Positions 38,259-52,251 of a DNA stretch of 64,000 nucleotides are shown here, one piece after another. Source of the stretch: Trichosphaerium sp. ATCC 40318 (lineage: Eukaryota; Protista; Tubulinea); contig JALMLS010000064.1 of the NCBI GenBank assembly GCA_038496445.1, positions 434,001 through 498,000 on the forward strand, given 5' to 3'. Both the position numbers and the translations under genes were made by a program. A model generated the notes under the pieces. It saw nothing but the letters and a program-made list of their open reading frames with translations. It did not search any database and was not told the DNA's origin. The stretch's first letter is position 1. Each line of letters starts with the position of its first letter.

Positions 38259-41200
38259 ATGGGCGTCAAACACCTTTGGGCCATTATTGGCCCTGCAGGC
38301 GAAGAAATTCCAGTAGACGACCTAAGAGGGAAAGTCCTGGCGATTGGTAATATTTTTATTGTACTTGACGAAAAGTACTTAATTTTTCCATCTCAGACAT
38401 CAGCATTTGGATAAATCAATTCATACGAGGTATGATTGATAAGTCAACAGGGAATACAGTACATTATGCACATATAAAAGGGTTAGTGCCGAGATTACAA
38501 AAATTGATTAGACTTGGTGTCAAGTACGTCGTTAACGGTCGGTTATTTAAAACTGATGATCATGTGTACCAAGACCTGTGTTTGTTTTTGATGGTGTCAC
38601 TCCTGAGATTAAAAAGAGGACAACTGTACGCTTTGTGGAGCATGTTTCTTTACAAGAAATGTTTGTACTTTTTTTTTTTGTTAACCGACGCACGTGTAGT
38701 CTCAGAGGAGAAAGAAAAAACAGCAAGCAAGGTTAAGACGTAAACGTACTAGAGATAGTCTTGTTCGTAATAAGTTAAAGCAATATGCGTTAAATCAGCT
38801 TCGAGAAGGGTAAACAATTTGTCAATATGTTTCTTTTTTTTTTCTTACTAGTGTTAAAATCATTGAAGGAGTTCCCCAAACAAATCCAATGAGAATCAGA
38901 GTCCGATTCTTTCAGACAGTCAAGACGAACATTCCAGCTCGACTGAAGATATTAATGCAAGCAATCCCTTTGAGACACCAAAAAAGAAGCAACGTACTAG
39001 TAAAAGCCAATCTCATCAAGATTTTGTTGAATTCTTAGAAGATGACTCTGATGACTCTCTTGTATGTTTTTTGGTTACATTTATATCTTATGTTAACAAC
39101 GGGTTAAATAGGTTACTCAATACGCTAAGGATTTAAGAGAACGTGACTATGACTTGAAGGTTTTCAAAGAGTTACCAAGTGAAATTCAGCATGAAATAAT
39201 CAGTTACAACCTAGTTCTTATTATTGACATTTCAAGCAACTTACCATGCCCTGATAGGTACAATTAGACAAGAAAATAAAGATAATAGACACGCACAAAT
39301 GCAAAGTCCCTCGACAAAGAAGAAAAAGGTATTCAGAGTCTTTGGTTTTAAACAACAATTGAATTTGACATTCCAACAGCTGCGAAGTATTTACACTTTA
39401 TTTCCTTTTTTTAGCCAAATAACTTCTCAAGCATGCAAGTTGGGCACTTACTTTCGGATGGTAGACTATCAATGCGTTATGACAAAGCAAGGAAGTAAGT
39501 AGTTACAACTAAAATTTTACAACCTTTTTTCGGTGTCACGTGACTTACATGTAGCTTTTAGAGAAACTCCTGGTGGAGTTGAAAGGCGTGTTGCATCAAA
39601 CGAAAAACTAAGGATGCGTGTTACCCGTACTCCAAAGTCACCGTCAAAGTACGTTTCCTTGTTGTGACAGTTGGAATCGAAAAGAACAAAACTTTTTACT
39701 TTTTGAGTTAGAACAAGAAGTAGCCTCAGGAAGAACGATGATAAACCTACAACTGTTAGTATAGATGACAAACACGATGGCGACAGTGGCGGATCTGTTT
39801 TCGAGTCTATATTCGGTAAAAAGGAGGAGTCTGTTGTAAAGAAATTCAGCTTCTTCGAAAACACAAGTGTTCCACTTGTTGATATTACTTCTGGATCCGA
39901 TGAATCTAAAAACGCATCAGAGCAATCAAGCCAAGCCAATGAACACGGTACACCAACGTTTAGTAACCATATACGCTAATATTATCTGCTTATCCAAGGT
40001 GTTATTGAAATTGCTGATGACTCCCTCTTCGAACCAGCCAAAGTTGAAGCGAAGCCAACTATACACACAAGGTATCATAATCCAATGTCAGTTCCCTTTC
40101 TTATGCTTTCCCGAGTCCTTTCCGTGAGTATGCCTTAAAGAAAAAGAACGAGCCTATTGATTTGACATCATCAAATAATACCTCTGACAAATACGAGTCA
40201 GACCTGAAACAAGCCTTAGCATTATCACTTGCTGAGTCCAATAAAAAAGAAGATAACGAAGACGATGAGGCATTACAAAAAGCAATAAAGCTTTCAAAAA
40301 AGAATGAATCTTCAACTGATGATGAAGATGCGGATTACAAAGAGAATAGAAGTAAAGAACATGATATTTTTGAGATTCAAGACAGCCAAGATGACAAAGA
40401 CTTTGCCATGAAAATACAGGATAGTGTAGACATGATAATGAGTGATAACTACCCTAATGATAATACTCCTATTAAAGCTATTGTTATATCTGATTCACAA
40501 AGAGATGAAGATGAAGACGAGGATATTAAAAAAGCAATTGCACTTTCTCTTGCTGATAATAAAGTTGAAGCACAAAAAACAAGTCAAGAAGAAGAGATTG
40601 AAGAAATAGATGATATGGATTTTATGGATACACATCAACAAGAACAATATCAAAATGTAAATGAGGTTAAAGATAATCAACAAGATGATGCTTTAAAAAA
40701 AGCTATAGCACTATCTCTTGAAGATCATCATAAAAACAATGACCTAATGGATATTGACGAAGAAGAAGATGAGGTTAAAGAAGTACCAAAAACAAGCACT
40801 TCCCAGAACTTTTCAAAGTATAGTGAGAGCCAAAATAATCAGCCTGATCAGGCTCAACTAATGGATCTTGATGATGAGAATGATGTATTTAAACAAGCTA
40901 TAGTGTTATCATTACAAAATGAAGAAAATCAAGAAACAGTGATAAATGGCAATCAAAAGAATAAACAACAAAGAACAATTGTTAACGACAATCTGGATGA
41001 TGCTCAAAAAAAAGATTATGAAGTGCCCGATGATCAAGTTTTTAATGCCATTGTACAAGATGAGATTGTTAGAGAATCCCTTGTATTAGAGGAAAAGTCG
41101 TTAAGAAACGACTTAGCCAAAGCTGCGCCTATGGCAGTTGATGTAAATACAGAAATGATGCAAGAATGCAGGGTACAAACAACAAACTTTGATAACGATT

Positions 41201-42537
41201 TGGTTTTTGACTTATTGTAGGAACTCATTACACTATTTGGATTCCCTTTCATTATTGCTCCAACTGAGGCAGATGCGCAGTGTGGTTGTCTTGATTTTTT
41301 AGGTATGCTGAAGAGTTGATGTAAACAATTTTACAATGTTTAAAAATACCTGTTTTGAGTAAAGTTTCTTTAGGTGTTGTTGACGGTACTATTTCTGATG
41401 ACTCGGATATTTTCTTATTTGGTATGTGATCTACCCATAGTGATTGTGACTGATAAATATAATAGGAGGCACTACTCTTTACAGACACTTGTTTTCTAAC
41501 CAACAACCAAAAAAGTAACGATTTTAATCTTTCCTTTGTGTCTTTTTTTTTAATTGACTTCCTGTTAGGTATTCTACGGATAAAATTCAATCTTCTCTTG
41601 GATTAGATCGTGCTATGTTGATACAGCTAGCATATCTTTTAGGAAGCGATTATGCTGTAGGTGTGTTTGGTATTGGTCCCGTTACAGCTATGGAGATTGT
41701 GAATGAGTTCAAGGGAGACAACTGTTTGAATGATTTTAAAAAATGGGTTGATTCAACAAATGATGAAGACAATGTATCGGATTGGCAGTTTAGACATGTA
41801 CTTCACCGTTAAAACCAAAACCCTAGTATTTACTAACTATAATGATACAGAGAAGGCAAAAGAAAAAGTATATACTACCAGATATGTTCCCTGATGAGCG
41901 TGTAAAAAATGTACGTTTGTGTGTCAGCTTTTTTTTTTGGTCAAAATTTTGTTACACTCCACATTCCACAAAAAGACGAAGTCATAATTGTAGCAACGTG
42001 AATCTGTTCTAAGTACAATAATCTAATCTCTAAAACAAATTATTTTTCCCTAACATGGTAAAAAATTGTAGTCTTGTTATGTCACTGTTATTTGATTTCT
42101 AACAATAATAAAAAGGGGTACCTAAAACCAAACGTGGATACGTCTTTAGAACCCTTTCAATGGCATAAACCTGATATAGAAAAGATTAAATCTTTTGTAA
42201 ACTCTAAATACCAACTGGGTAATGAAGCTGAGCTTCGTTTGAGAAATGCTATAAACACAAGCAATCCAGTACGTTTTACTTGTTGAAAAACAATTCAAAT
42301 TACAATGTTAACTCACTTTTGTTTACTAGTCTGGACCGTTGGACAAGTACTTCAAGAAAAAACCAGTCATGCCAAAGTTTAAGAGTAATAGACTTAAACG
42401 TGCTATTGACTCACTAACAGGTACGATAATAACAAAGGAATAAAATGAAACATTAAGTTTTCTATTATTTAATTTTACTTCCAGACGGTGATGGTATCGC
42501 TTCAACCTTTGAAAAGCCTAAAGAAAAGAAATTGTAA
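38259..42537 (+). CDS. XPG: XPG/Rad2 nucleotide-excision-repair endonuclease
   Basis: N-domain MGVKHLW..GKVLAIDISIW..VKPVFVFDG; UBM-like FKELPSEIQHEI; I-domain LFGFPFIIAPTEADAQC, DGTISDDSDIFLFG, LAYLLGSDYAVGVFGIGPVTAMEI; YLKPNVD..FQWHKPD; LDKYF PIP-like motif. Confidence 0.95.
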
Positions 42538-42815
42538 CGATAAACTAAAATTCCATTCACAATCTTTGTCTACCTCATTGATACAAAACACGTGATATTT
42601 TTAATAAGCAACTTTGTTGCTACTAGAGGTTGTGTTCGTAGCTTAGCTGACTACAACAATTCTAACGAGTTAACCATTGCCTACGAAAATGGAACTGAAA
42701 TCAGAATTTTTTAGGAATCTTTTATCTCAGATAGAGACTGTCTCTTTTAGCCGGATTTTTGCTCAGCTACAAAAACTTAAATGGTTAACCAGCTATAACT
42801 GTTGAGCACCCGCTT

Positions 42816-43962
42816 CTAAGAAGTTTTTACTATAGTACCAGTACGTGATACCGCAGAAATGCCTTCGTCTGTTATACCATCATTATCCGTGAGATGCATG
42901 GTATGAACACCAGCAAGAGCTTTTATACCTTTATCTGTTATACCTTTACACCCCGAAAGGCTAATTTCATGAACACCAACAAGAGCCCGGAGCCCTTCGT
43001 CTGTTACTAAAGTGCCACAGATAATAATGGTATGAACCCCAGCAAGTGCTTTAATGCCTTCATCCGTTATGCCATCTTTAAAATTGCTGATGACAATACC
43101 ATGAACACCAGAAAGTGCTTTCAGCCCTTCATCTGTTACTAAAGTACCAAATATAGCAATGGTATGAACTCCAGCAAGACATTTGATGCCTTCATCTGTT
43201 ACAACATCATTATAATCACTGACGGCAATAGTATGAACTCCAGCAAGTGCTTTCAACCCTTCATCTGAAACTAAAGTACCCAATAGTTGAATTTCATGCA
43301 CGCCAGCAAGTGCCTTAATGCCTTCATCTGTTATATTCTTACAACCATTAAGGTTAATTGTATGAACACCAGAAAGATATTTTATACCTTCATTTGTTAC
43401 ATTGCAATTACTGAGGTAAATACTATGAACACTAGAAAGTGCTTTTAATCCTTTGTCCGTTACTGAAGTGTTACGTATATCAATGCTATAAACACCAGCA
43501 AGTGCCTGAACACCTTCATCTGTTATACCTCTACAATGTCCAAGATTTATAGTATGAACGCCCTTAAGTGCTTTGACGCCTTTGTCTGTTATATCATTGC
43601 AACAGCAAAGGTCAATAGTGTGAACACCAGAAAATTGTGTGACAATTTTGTCAGTTATACATTCTCCTACAAGTTCAATTGCTGTATGTCTAAGAGTACT
43701 TGCATGTTGTAAAACCGCTCGAGCATGGTCAAAGCTTGATATTATCACTTTTTCGTATCCAAGTATATCATGAACAATAGAAGCAAGCAAACGACATGTT
43801 TGGCATGTTACAAATCGTTCTTTTGTCATTTTATGTAAAATATAAGCTAAAATCTCTGTAGGAAGGTCTAAAATATTTGTAGGTTCACTATTGAGGGCGT
43901 TATAACCAGTTTACGGAATAATAATACCTTTGATGTCGCGCCGGTGCTCCATTTTGTGACAT
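42816..43962 (-). CDS. F-box + leucine-rich-repeat protein; one short 5' intron, repeat array intronless
   Basis: MSQNGAPARHQS-EPTNILDLPTEILAYIL (F-box), then about 12 repeats of GVHTIxLxxCxxITDEGxKAL. Confidence 0.9.
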
Positions 43963-44197
43963 GTAACAAGGGCTTTGGAGACGTAGAGGGCAAGGGGTGA
44001 AATGTTAAGTACATTCACAATTACGTAAAAAAAACGTGGAGAAATTAGTCAAATAAATGCTCTTTTCCAACAAATGTATTTCACTGGAGAATGAGTGTTG
44101 TAAGAACGTCCCATTACAGCTATTTGTACTTTACCTACTGATGGAGGAGTTATCAAAGAGATTTTTTATTTATGTATTTATTTGTCTTATTTTTTTC

Positions 44198-45870
44198 TTA
44201 CAACCAAACACAAACATTACCATCCCAAGCAGCAGACCAAACAGTAAAAATTTCTATTTCCTTATGCGCCTCATCATCAGATACAACAGCCTTTACAGGA
44301 ACTAATATAATAGCACTGACAACATCCTTATCAAGTTCAAGTGTCCTCTCAGTTTTCATTGTCTAGAGAGCATATAAGCTAGTAACAAAAACGCAATAAA
44401 GAAAGCAACAAAAAGAGCTTTAAAAGTCTTTCAAAGTCTTTCCAAAAAAAAAAATTGCTTCTTTCATTTTTTATGTTTCCACGTACCGTAGCATCCCATA
44501 CAAGTATTTTTCCATCCCATCCACCACTCCAAACAAATCCACCTGCAGCTAGTAGAGAAAAAACATGACCAGTATGTCCACCACAAGTAGTTATTTGCTT
44601 GCCCGTCTAGAAGAGAGTAAACACCCAACTACAAGAGTTTCTCGTTCTCACCTCAGCATCCCATACTGTAATGCTTGAATCAGAGCTAGCTCCCCATACA
44701 CGGTTATTTCCAGCATATACAAGGTGATTAACACGTCCTTGATCTAGAACGTCTACAATAATATGCGTCTACGCGAAGTCATTAAAATGGCATCTACGCG
44801 CTCGACTGTAATATTTCTTACTTTTACGTTTATACGTGTGATATGCTCATCAGTACATATCCAAACCAAGTCTTTATGTTTAAATATGTGTCTAACGACT
44901 TTCTTCAAATCTATATCTTTCTTTACCGTGAGGGTCTTATGTAGACGTCAGATACCATCCAAACGATTACATACGTTACCTTGGTATCAACTATACGTAT
45001 ACAAGATCCCAAGAAGCCAAACCACACTTCATCACCAAAGTGACTTGCACAAGCAACTCGCCCACTACAACCAAGATTAATGCCACTATAAACGAGTCTA
45101 CAAGTTTTGTTTGCGCGTACTTGAACAATAGCAAATCTTGTGCAAGCGACCCATGAAGGTTCCATATCTTAACTTTATTATCATCTGCAGCTGTCCATAC
45201 ATGATTATTCACCAAGAACATGGCGAATATTCGTCCCTAATATGTTGACTTTTTTTTAAAAGGTGAGCTTATTACTTACTTTATGTGCTTGACGCGAACC
45301 TAAAGCTAATTTAACCAAAAAAGAAACGATATTTTGGCAATCAAACCTAAATTGCGTCCTGTCCTCGCGTCCCATATTGTGAGCGTCCCGTCCAGACCTC
45401 CACCCCATACATATTGACCGACTGTAGTGAGCGTGTGAACACCCTCTAAATAAAGTGTCAAACAAGTTGATACAAAAACTAGCGCCAAAGGGTGTATTCT
45501 TCAAATGGGAAAGCACCTTTAGGTTTTAATGGCTCTAACTCTTTGAATAAACGAAAACCAAAAGGAGGTGTCAAGCCATGGTCCACTGAGCGATGAGCAC
45601 GCGTCCAGCTACTTGTCTAGAGCATTTTAGACGAGAATTTGCTGTAAATAAGTGAAAAGCGTTTAACGCACTTTTTTGGATTTATCTCGGTTTTGTTTTG
45701 CCTTTACGATAGTCTCTAGTTAATTTGTTATGTTTTTTGTCTATAAATGTTAGCCTACTCTCTAATGTGCGTTCAATACTATTACTCAGTGCTCCATTAA
45801 GACGTCTGGAAATGTTTTTGCTTTTATTTTCACGTTGAGACTTTTCAGTTTTCTTTTCACTCTGCGACAT
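44198..45870 (-). CDS. WD40-like beta-propeller protein; multi-exon
   Basis: VWGGGLDGTLTIWD, VWTAADDNKVKIWN, VWGASSDSSITVWD, VWSGGWDGKILVWD, VWSAAWDGNVCVWL*. Confidence 0.85.
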
Positions 45871-46153
45871 AACAGGCCATGCTACTTTCTACATACGCTT
45901 AAATAGAATGATATTAAGTCTAGTGTGCTGTCACTGCCTTTATGCTAAAGATGTTGCTTCTTCCGCACGCCACCTTGTAGCATACGTACTTTTTTAGACC
46001 GTGGACTTCAACTTTAACGTTTTAAGAATCACGTGGCTGTAAGATGGAACTCTATGCATCCTCTGTATATGTGTAGTATTGTTGGCCGAATAGGAGCGCG
46101 CACAGAATGTCGGTTGCTTGTTAAGTTGCGACACAATGACACTTTGATGTAAA

Positions 46154-47003
46154 ATGGCTTTACAAGGAGTGCTGGCTAGAGCCACGTTCAATCGCTCGAC
46201 GCTAACGGCGTCAGCTGCGAGAATTTATAGTACATCAACGGCTTCCGTCAGAACTACGTGTACGCACGCCATCAGCGTAATAAACACTAATTATACAAAG
46301 TACCGGTGAAATCAATACGACGTGCCTGTCATACAAACGCAACTCCACCAAATAGCTCCAAACCGGTGTCAATACGCCAAAAATGGCAAAAAACGATTGA
46401 ACAGATAAAGCAAAAGAAAACAAAGTTCGCACTACAGTACGGATCATCGTTTATCGTTATTCACGAGCTCGTTGGCATTTCTTCGTACCTACTAGCATTT
46501 TCAGTGCTTTCTACCGGTAAGGATCAAAGCTAGTAATCTGACAAGTGTCAAATCAACTTCTCACGTTATGGATCCCTGCTAGGCGTTGTTGACGTTGATT
46601 CGTTGGTTGGTATTTTTGGATGGACAGATGCAGATTTAGCAAAATACAACATTGACCTTCATTCCAAAGTTGCTACATTTGCATTGGCAGTTGCAACAGT
46701 CAAGGCACTTGATCTAGTTGGCCTAGTCCCATTGAGGTATGTTTAACTCATTGACAATAAACGAGAGACACCATTGTAGATGGGCAATAAGCATAGGTTT
46801 GACACCACTTCTGGCAAAATTCATAGGCAAGATTGACTGCTTATTCTTGACTTGAAAATATCCTAACTTTATATCTAGGACCGCCAATTGATGCGCTTAT
46901 ATCTAAAGTAAAGTCAGCAACACAAAGAATAAGAGGCAAAGAACCACAAAGTCAGGAAAATAATTCAAAAGGCAAAACTGACAAAAATGTCAGCGAAAAA
47001 TAA
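46154..47003 (+). CDS. FAM210/DUF1279-like mitochondrial membrane protein
   Basis: Arg/Ser/Thr-rich, acid-free presequence MALQGVLARATFNRSTLTASAARIYST; QYGSSFIVIH..SSYLLAF; ATFALAVA; VPLRWAISIGLTP. Confidence 0.75.
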
Positions 47004-47262
47004 CGAGCTCCAGTCTTCACTGATCACAAAATGAAGCCCACGTTTCAACCTCCACAAACTTGTCTAGCCGTTGTAAAGCAAATACAATTGTTTGCGCTGT
47101 GTAGCACGGCTGCCAAATGTAAAAAACCGTCCTTCTGTTAACAGCGCAAATAAGTACGAATACTTACCTTTTTTTCACTTGTGTTTTCTGTATACCGCAA
47201 TAACGTCATGAACTATTAATATACATACATACTTGTTCTATTCGTTGTTGTTCTGGTATAAA

Positions 47263-49231
47263 ATGCTTCAACCTCGAAAAACACTCACAGGTGAACAACA
47301 AACTGGTAGTAATAGTCACTCAAGTGCGTAGTGCTCGTTGTTTATCTATTTACTCCGTTTAACTTTCGTAGCAAAAATAAAAGCATTTCATGAGCTGTGG
47401 GCCCTCCTACATCAATCAGAAGGCGTATTGAAGACCGGAGCAACACGCGAGGTTGATTACAAGACAATTGCAACTTTTAGGTCGAAAATGTCTTCTCTAC
47501 TACTCAGAGAGTACGTACAGTAACCCTACCGTTCATCAATACTTTTCTTACCACTTGTCAAGCGATGACGAGCCTGAAATTCGTTGGAAGGCTAATAAAC
47601 TACTCCAAGCGACATTAGACCTATGCTTGAGCGCGGTGTCAAAGTACGCTTTCAAAATTGATCCAAATGTTCATTTGCTTTTTTATGGCTGCCTCAAAGC
47701 TCTATTTAAGGCGTAACGCTCTACGTCAAATCTCAACACTTCACAGTACCCCACAAATTTCTTTTATCTCCGTAACAATATTCCGACTTTTGACATGCCA
47801 AAACCATCATAGTATTGTATAGCATCGCCTAACAATACTATCTCAGGATGTACCTCACTTTCCTTTTGTACTTGATCAAAGATATCTTGAACCCTTCACA
47901 ACCATTTTATTGGATGTCACATGAAGACGCTGTAAAGGAAAAAGCTCTCGTAAAGTACTATAATACAAGCACTTACGCTAACAAAGAGGTACTTTTTTTC
48001 AGAAAAAGTCGAAAAAGAAAATCTAAGATTGAGACATTCTCCTTTATTAATCTCTATGATAAGGTCATTGAAGACGTATCTACATACTTTGTGATTAATA
48101 TAAACTACTTTGGAAGTGTTACTGGCTTTGATCAACTCCACAATTGGTTACTTCTCAGAGAAACGACGTTTTTTCATTTTAGACTTATTTTAGATATTTT
48201 TGTTCAGGTGTGTGTTTGGTTTAAAATCAACCTTTTGGTTAACCATGAGTAGTTACGACCTAGTATAAGACCAGAGTGTTTATTAAAGACACCATTACAT
48301 CGATCTGCATTGAAAAAACTTGGCATCTACTTAAAAACTGGTGGTATTACAATAAGAGATCGAGAGAAGGTCGAATCGATTATATCCAACTTAGAAAAGA
48401 TCTATGAACCAACAGATGTACTTCTTTTTTTTTTAATTTCTTACTTTAAGACACTTCTTCAGTATATAATATTCTATAGATATGTATAAAAAATGGTTCA
48501 GAGTGGGAGTCTCTTTGTGATGTGGTCAAAAAGTTGTACGGTTGGAATTTTCGAGGTACATTCAATGAGACTTTTCTTCTTTTTGTTTTCCTGGTTCTAA
48601 TCGTTTTACAGAGCGAGATACAAGTACCCAAAATGGCACAGCGACTAGCGTTGATGCTTCTACATCGAAGAATACAATGAGCGATGCAACACTTGAAGCG
48701 ATAGCGCCTCCAAAGAGTTATGCTAAAATTGATAGTCTGTTCAGTTTTGATATTTCTCAAATCGATGCTAGTGGTAGCAAGAGCGCTCAGAATGCTCTAG
48801 ATGTTATAAATCAGTTAAAACCAGGACAAAATAAAAACGAAGGTGTAAATGAATGGACAGCATCTGAAGATGTTTTATCACGATTAGAACAGAACCAAAG
48901 AGCCTTTGAGAAAGCATTGGCTGATAAACAAAAAGAAATGGAAAAACAACAAAAAAAGAAGAAGCCACGGCCTGTAAAGAAGAAAAAAGAACCTACAGAG
49001 AAGAAGAAGAAACCAACAACAACAAAAACAAAAAAGAAACCAGTAATGGCGAAAAAACAAGCCGTAAAAAAGTCCGGGTCAAATGGTCAATCACCTCAGG
49101 CTAATATCTTTCTTGCTTATCATGTATCTGAGCGTGAAGGTAAATTTTATTCAAATGCAAAGAATGCAAAGGATTTACCACGAAAGAAGAGCCTTATTAC
49201 GGCTACTTTTGATTTGTACGACAACTTGTGA
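47263..49231 (+). CDS. Hypothetical protein with a segment resembling the USP9X/USP24 N-terminal region; no USP catalytic domain; basic C-tail
   Basis: STYFVININYFGSVTGFDQLHNWL resembles remembered LVDLINxFGxxxGFxxLxxR. Multiple GT-AG exons, some phases uncertain. Confidence 0.5.
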
Positions 49232-49340
49232 CATCAATCCTTTCTTTTTTTTTTTTTATCTCAAATCCTTCTAACTTGTAAAAATAATCATGTACCACTT
49301 ACTCCTTGTACAATAACACTACCCACCTAAATGCATAGTC

Positions 49341-50103
49341 TTATTCTCTAAATCTCGTTTTTTGTCCGCTGCGCTCCTCCCTCTCGTCAGACTACAGGTA
49401 CAGCAATTATAGCTCCTTTGATACGTTGTATTTCAACACTCAACAACGTGGCTTGGTACAATATTGCTTCGTGTCAAAATACCCTATTTTTGGATATTTC
49501 ATGTCCTGTGACCTTGAGACGGGTTGCGTCTATGTATTGGTACGTTAGTACTGTTTATTACGACTTTTTACTGCTTTTAAATAATGTAAGTGGAATTTGA
49601 CAAACGCAAGGAACAATGGCTACTCTACAATTTATTGCTAGTGAGATACAAAGTTATGTACAAAAGAGGTACAAATAAGCGAATACATAAAATACGAAAA
49701 TACTACACTGTGGAAAGTCGTTTTTAACTCTATCCGCGACATCCTTCATTATCCCGAGCGATTTTACGGCGTTTGATCTGAGCCCACTCGTATAGTGCAG
49801 AAACTGGATTTGGTTGCGTAATAAATATAGAAGCTATCTCCCTAATGAGTTTTCGCCTGTTTACATCGTTTTCAGCATGGTACGCTTTAAATATTTCTGG
49901 GACGCTTTTTTGAAACTAAAACAATAAGAAATAGTATAACAGAGTAATATGCTCACCCATGACATCTTCAAAGCATCCGATGAATCATGATTAACGGTTA
50001 TTTTTGTAAAATGAGTGTTAACTCGCTTTAAAGCGTTAAATTCACAGCTACCGCCCTCCGACGAAATTACTTGTATTAATTCTAACGGTAGTAAAGAGGT
50101 CAT
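49341..50103 (-). CDS. Small F-box-like protein; multi-exon, 3' exons uncertain
   Basis: MTSLLPLELIQVI..FNALKRVNTHF F-box-like start; next exon FQKSVPEIFKAYHAENDVNRRKLIREIASILL. Confidence 0.55.
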
Positions 50104-50335
50104 GAATATTTAGACTTTGACTCGGCAATACTAACCGTTAACTTGTCGTCATTGTCACTTAGCCAATAAATGCTTAACGCTATAGTATGCAACACTAGCT
50201 CATTCTGTTGGTGAAAATTATCCGTTTTAAAGTGTTCGTATTTAGAGCGTAAAGACACGTGCCAAAAAAGTGAACATTCCAAAAAAGACTTAGTAATTTT
50301 GACAGTAGTAAAACAACTTGACACTCATAACCACC

Positions 50336-52251
50336 ATGCGCACTTTGCTTCTTTTGGCTGTTTTATGCTACACCGCCTTTGGTACTGTATCATACAACCG
50401 TAATTAAGAGTATAACTGCCTCTAGCTGCCAAAACATTGACGGTATTTCCTTGTAGTCAAAGAGAATGCACTACACTTGCTTCTTCACTTGCCAACACTG
50501 GCATAGACGTTCGTAGCTTTACATCATTGGGAGTATTTGCCATTCAAGATGACGAAACGTCATTACGCTCTGGAAGTATCCACGTAAGCCCATATTGTCC
50601 TCATCTTGATCATTACGCGGTTTGGCAACGAGAATTCGCTTGGGAAAATGATGAAGCATTTACAACCGAACTAAACACTTTACAAAAGGTACTGTCAAGT
50701 TTTTACTATTATTGGCCAATTTGGTCACGTGCAAGTTTGGTTATATACTAACTGATACCACAAGATATTTCACATGACATATGTCCCAGTTGTTGGTGAG
50801 ATGTACATACTTCGATCTAATGAAACCATGAATGTCTTTAACTTTATTGGACGCAACACAGTTGCAATGAAGCTTTTGGAGGTGACCACCAAATTAGGGT
50901 TTTTAATATTAACTTTTATTTAACAATTAGCACTCTTACGTGGCTGCACCTGAACGATACACAGAAGAAATCAAAGCAAAAAACCCAGCCATTGAGAAAA
51001 TATTGAGTGCAGTTGATCCAGGCACGTGACTATGAAGTTATTTAAACCACAAAACTACCTACTTTTTTGACTTCTATTTTATTTTCAAATCAAGACAATA
51101 ACCGATTTTTGTGACATTTCTGTTCATAGCCGAAATGAAGAAACAACTCGAATACTTAACAAGTGAATCCATTTTCACACGCAACAGCTACTCTCAAGGG
51201 TATCTACCACATACTTCTTAATAACAGAGATACTAACTATTGAGAACAGCGCTATTGCAGCATCAAAATACATTCGTGAAACCTACGAATCATACGGATT
51301 TAAAGCAACTCTTGAATCCTTCAGAACAGAAATGTCTGATAACGTTGTTGCTATACTTCAGGGAAATAGTCTACAAAGAGAAGTTGTTGTTTTAGGTGCT
51401 CACTATGACGCTAGAGGCACGTGACATGAAACGACTTTTGGCTTAATATATTATTCCTATAGGTACTCTGCTCACGTCTCCAACTCAAAGAGCACCTGGA
51501 GCAAATGACGACGGTTCGGGTACAGCTGTATTGCTTGAATTTGCACGTCTCATCAAAAGTCTAAATATAAAATTCAAGTACGTATTTCAAGCTAAAAAAG
51601 TTGAAGTTCATTTTCTTATAATCCACCTTTAGGCGTACTATCCATATTGTTGCTTTTTCAGGAGAAGAACAGGGCCTCCTTGGAAGCAGAGCATACGCCA
51701 ATAAACTTGCTTCACTAAGAGTAAACGTGCACGCTATGTTACAGAGTAAGTTCTTAATGCAATGTCAATAAGTATGTTAACTATATTTAGCTGATATGGT
51801 TGCATACCGAAGACCAGGCGAGGTTACACAACTAGCATTCCCTTCGACAATCACCACACCTTGGGTACAAAAGGTACTTACAAACCAAACATAAAGATAT
51901 CATTTTCGCGTTTCCTCAGTAGTTTTATGTTTAGGTGTGCGAAGAAGCTGCTCGTCTCTATGTACCGTCTATAACTGTGGGTATCACCCCCGTATGTTGT
52001 TCTGACCATCAGTCATTTATCGAAGCTGGATTCCCTGCAACACAATTATTCGAGAGGTATGTCAAAAAAATACAAGCTCACGTGTTCATTTGTATTAACT
52101 CTGATGGTATAGAAATGGACCAATTGCTGACCCTCAGTACCACAAGAGTGAAGACATTGTTGATCGTTTGGGTTACGATATCGAAGGTGAGCTATACCAG
52201 AGCACAAAAGCTCTTATTGCATCAGCATGTGAGCTTGCAGAAGTTGAATAA
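50336..52251 (+). CDS. Secreted M28-family metallo-aminopeptidase, copy 1
   Basis: Signal peptide MRTLLLLAVLCYTAF; VVLGAHYDARG, PGANDDGSG, FSGEEQGLLGS, DMVAY, CCSDHQSF, YHKSED. Confidence 0.92.

Noticed and set aside
38144-38284. Apparent antisense overlap of the 167-aa minus ORF with the XPG start
   Set aside because: The FAM204A-like protein plausibly starts at 38143 or 38095; the upstream extension has no recognisable content.
42669-42789. 10-bp inverted repeat GTTAACCATT/AATGGTTAAC as MITE ends
   Set aside because: Single copy in the window, no target-site duplication, partly palindromic AT-rich word.
47159-47172. ATACTTACCT as a U1 snRNA 5' end
   Set aside because: Followed by a T run with no U1 stem-loops or Sm site.
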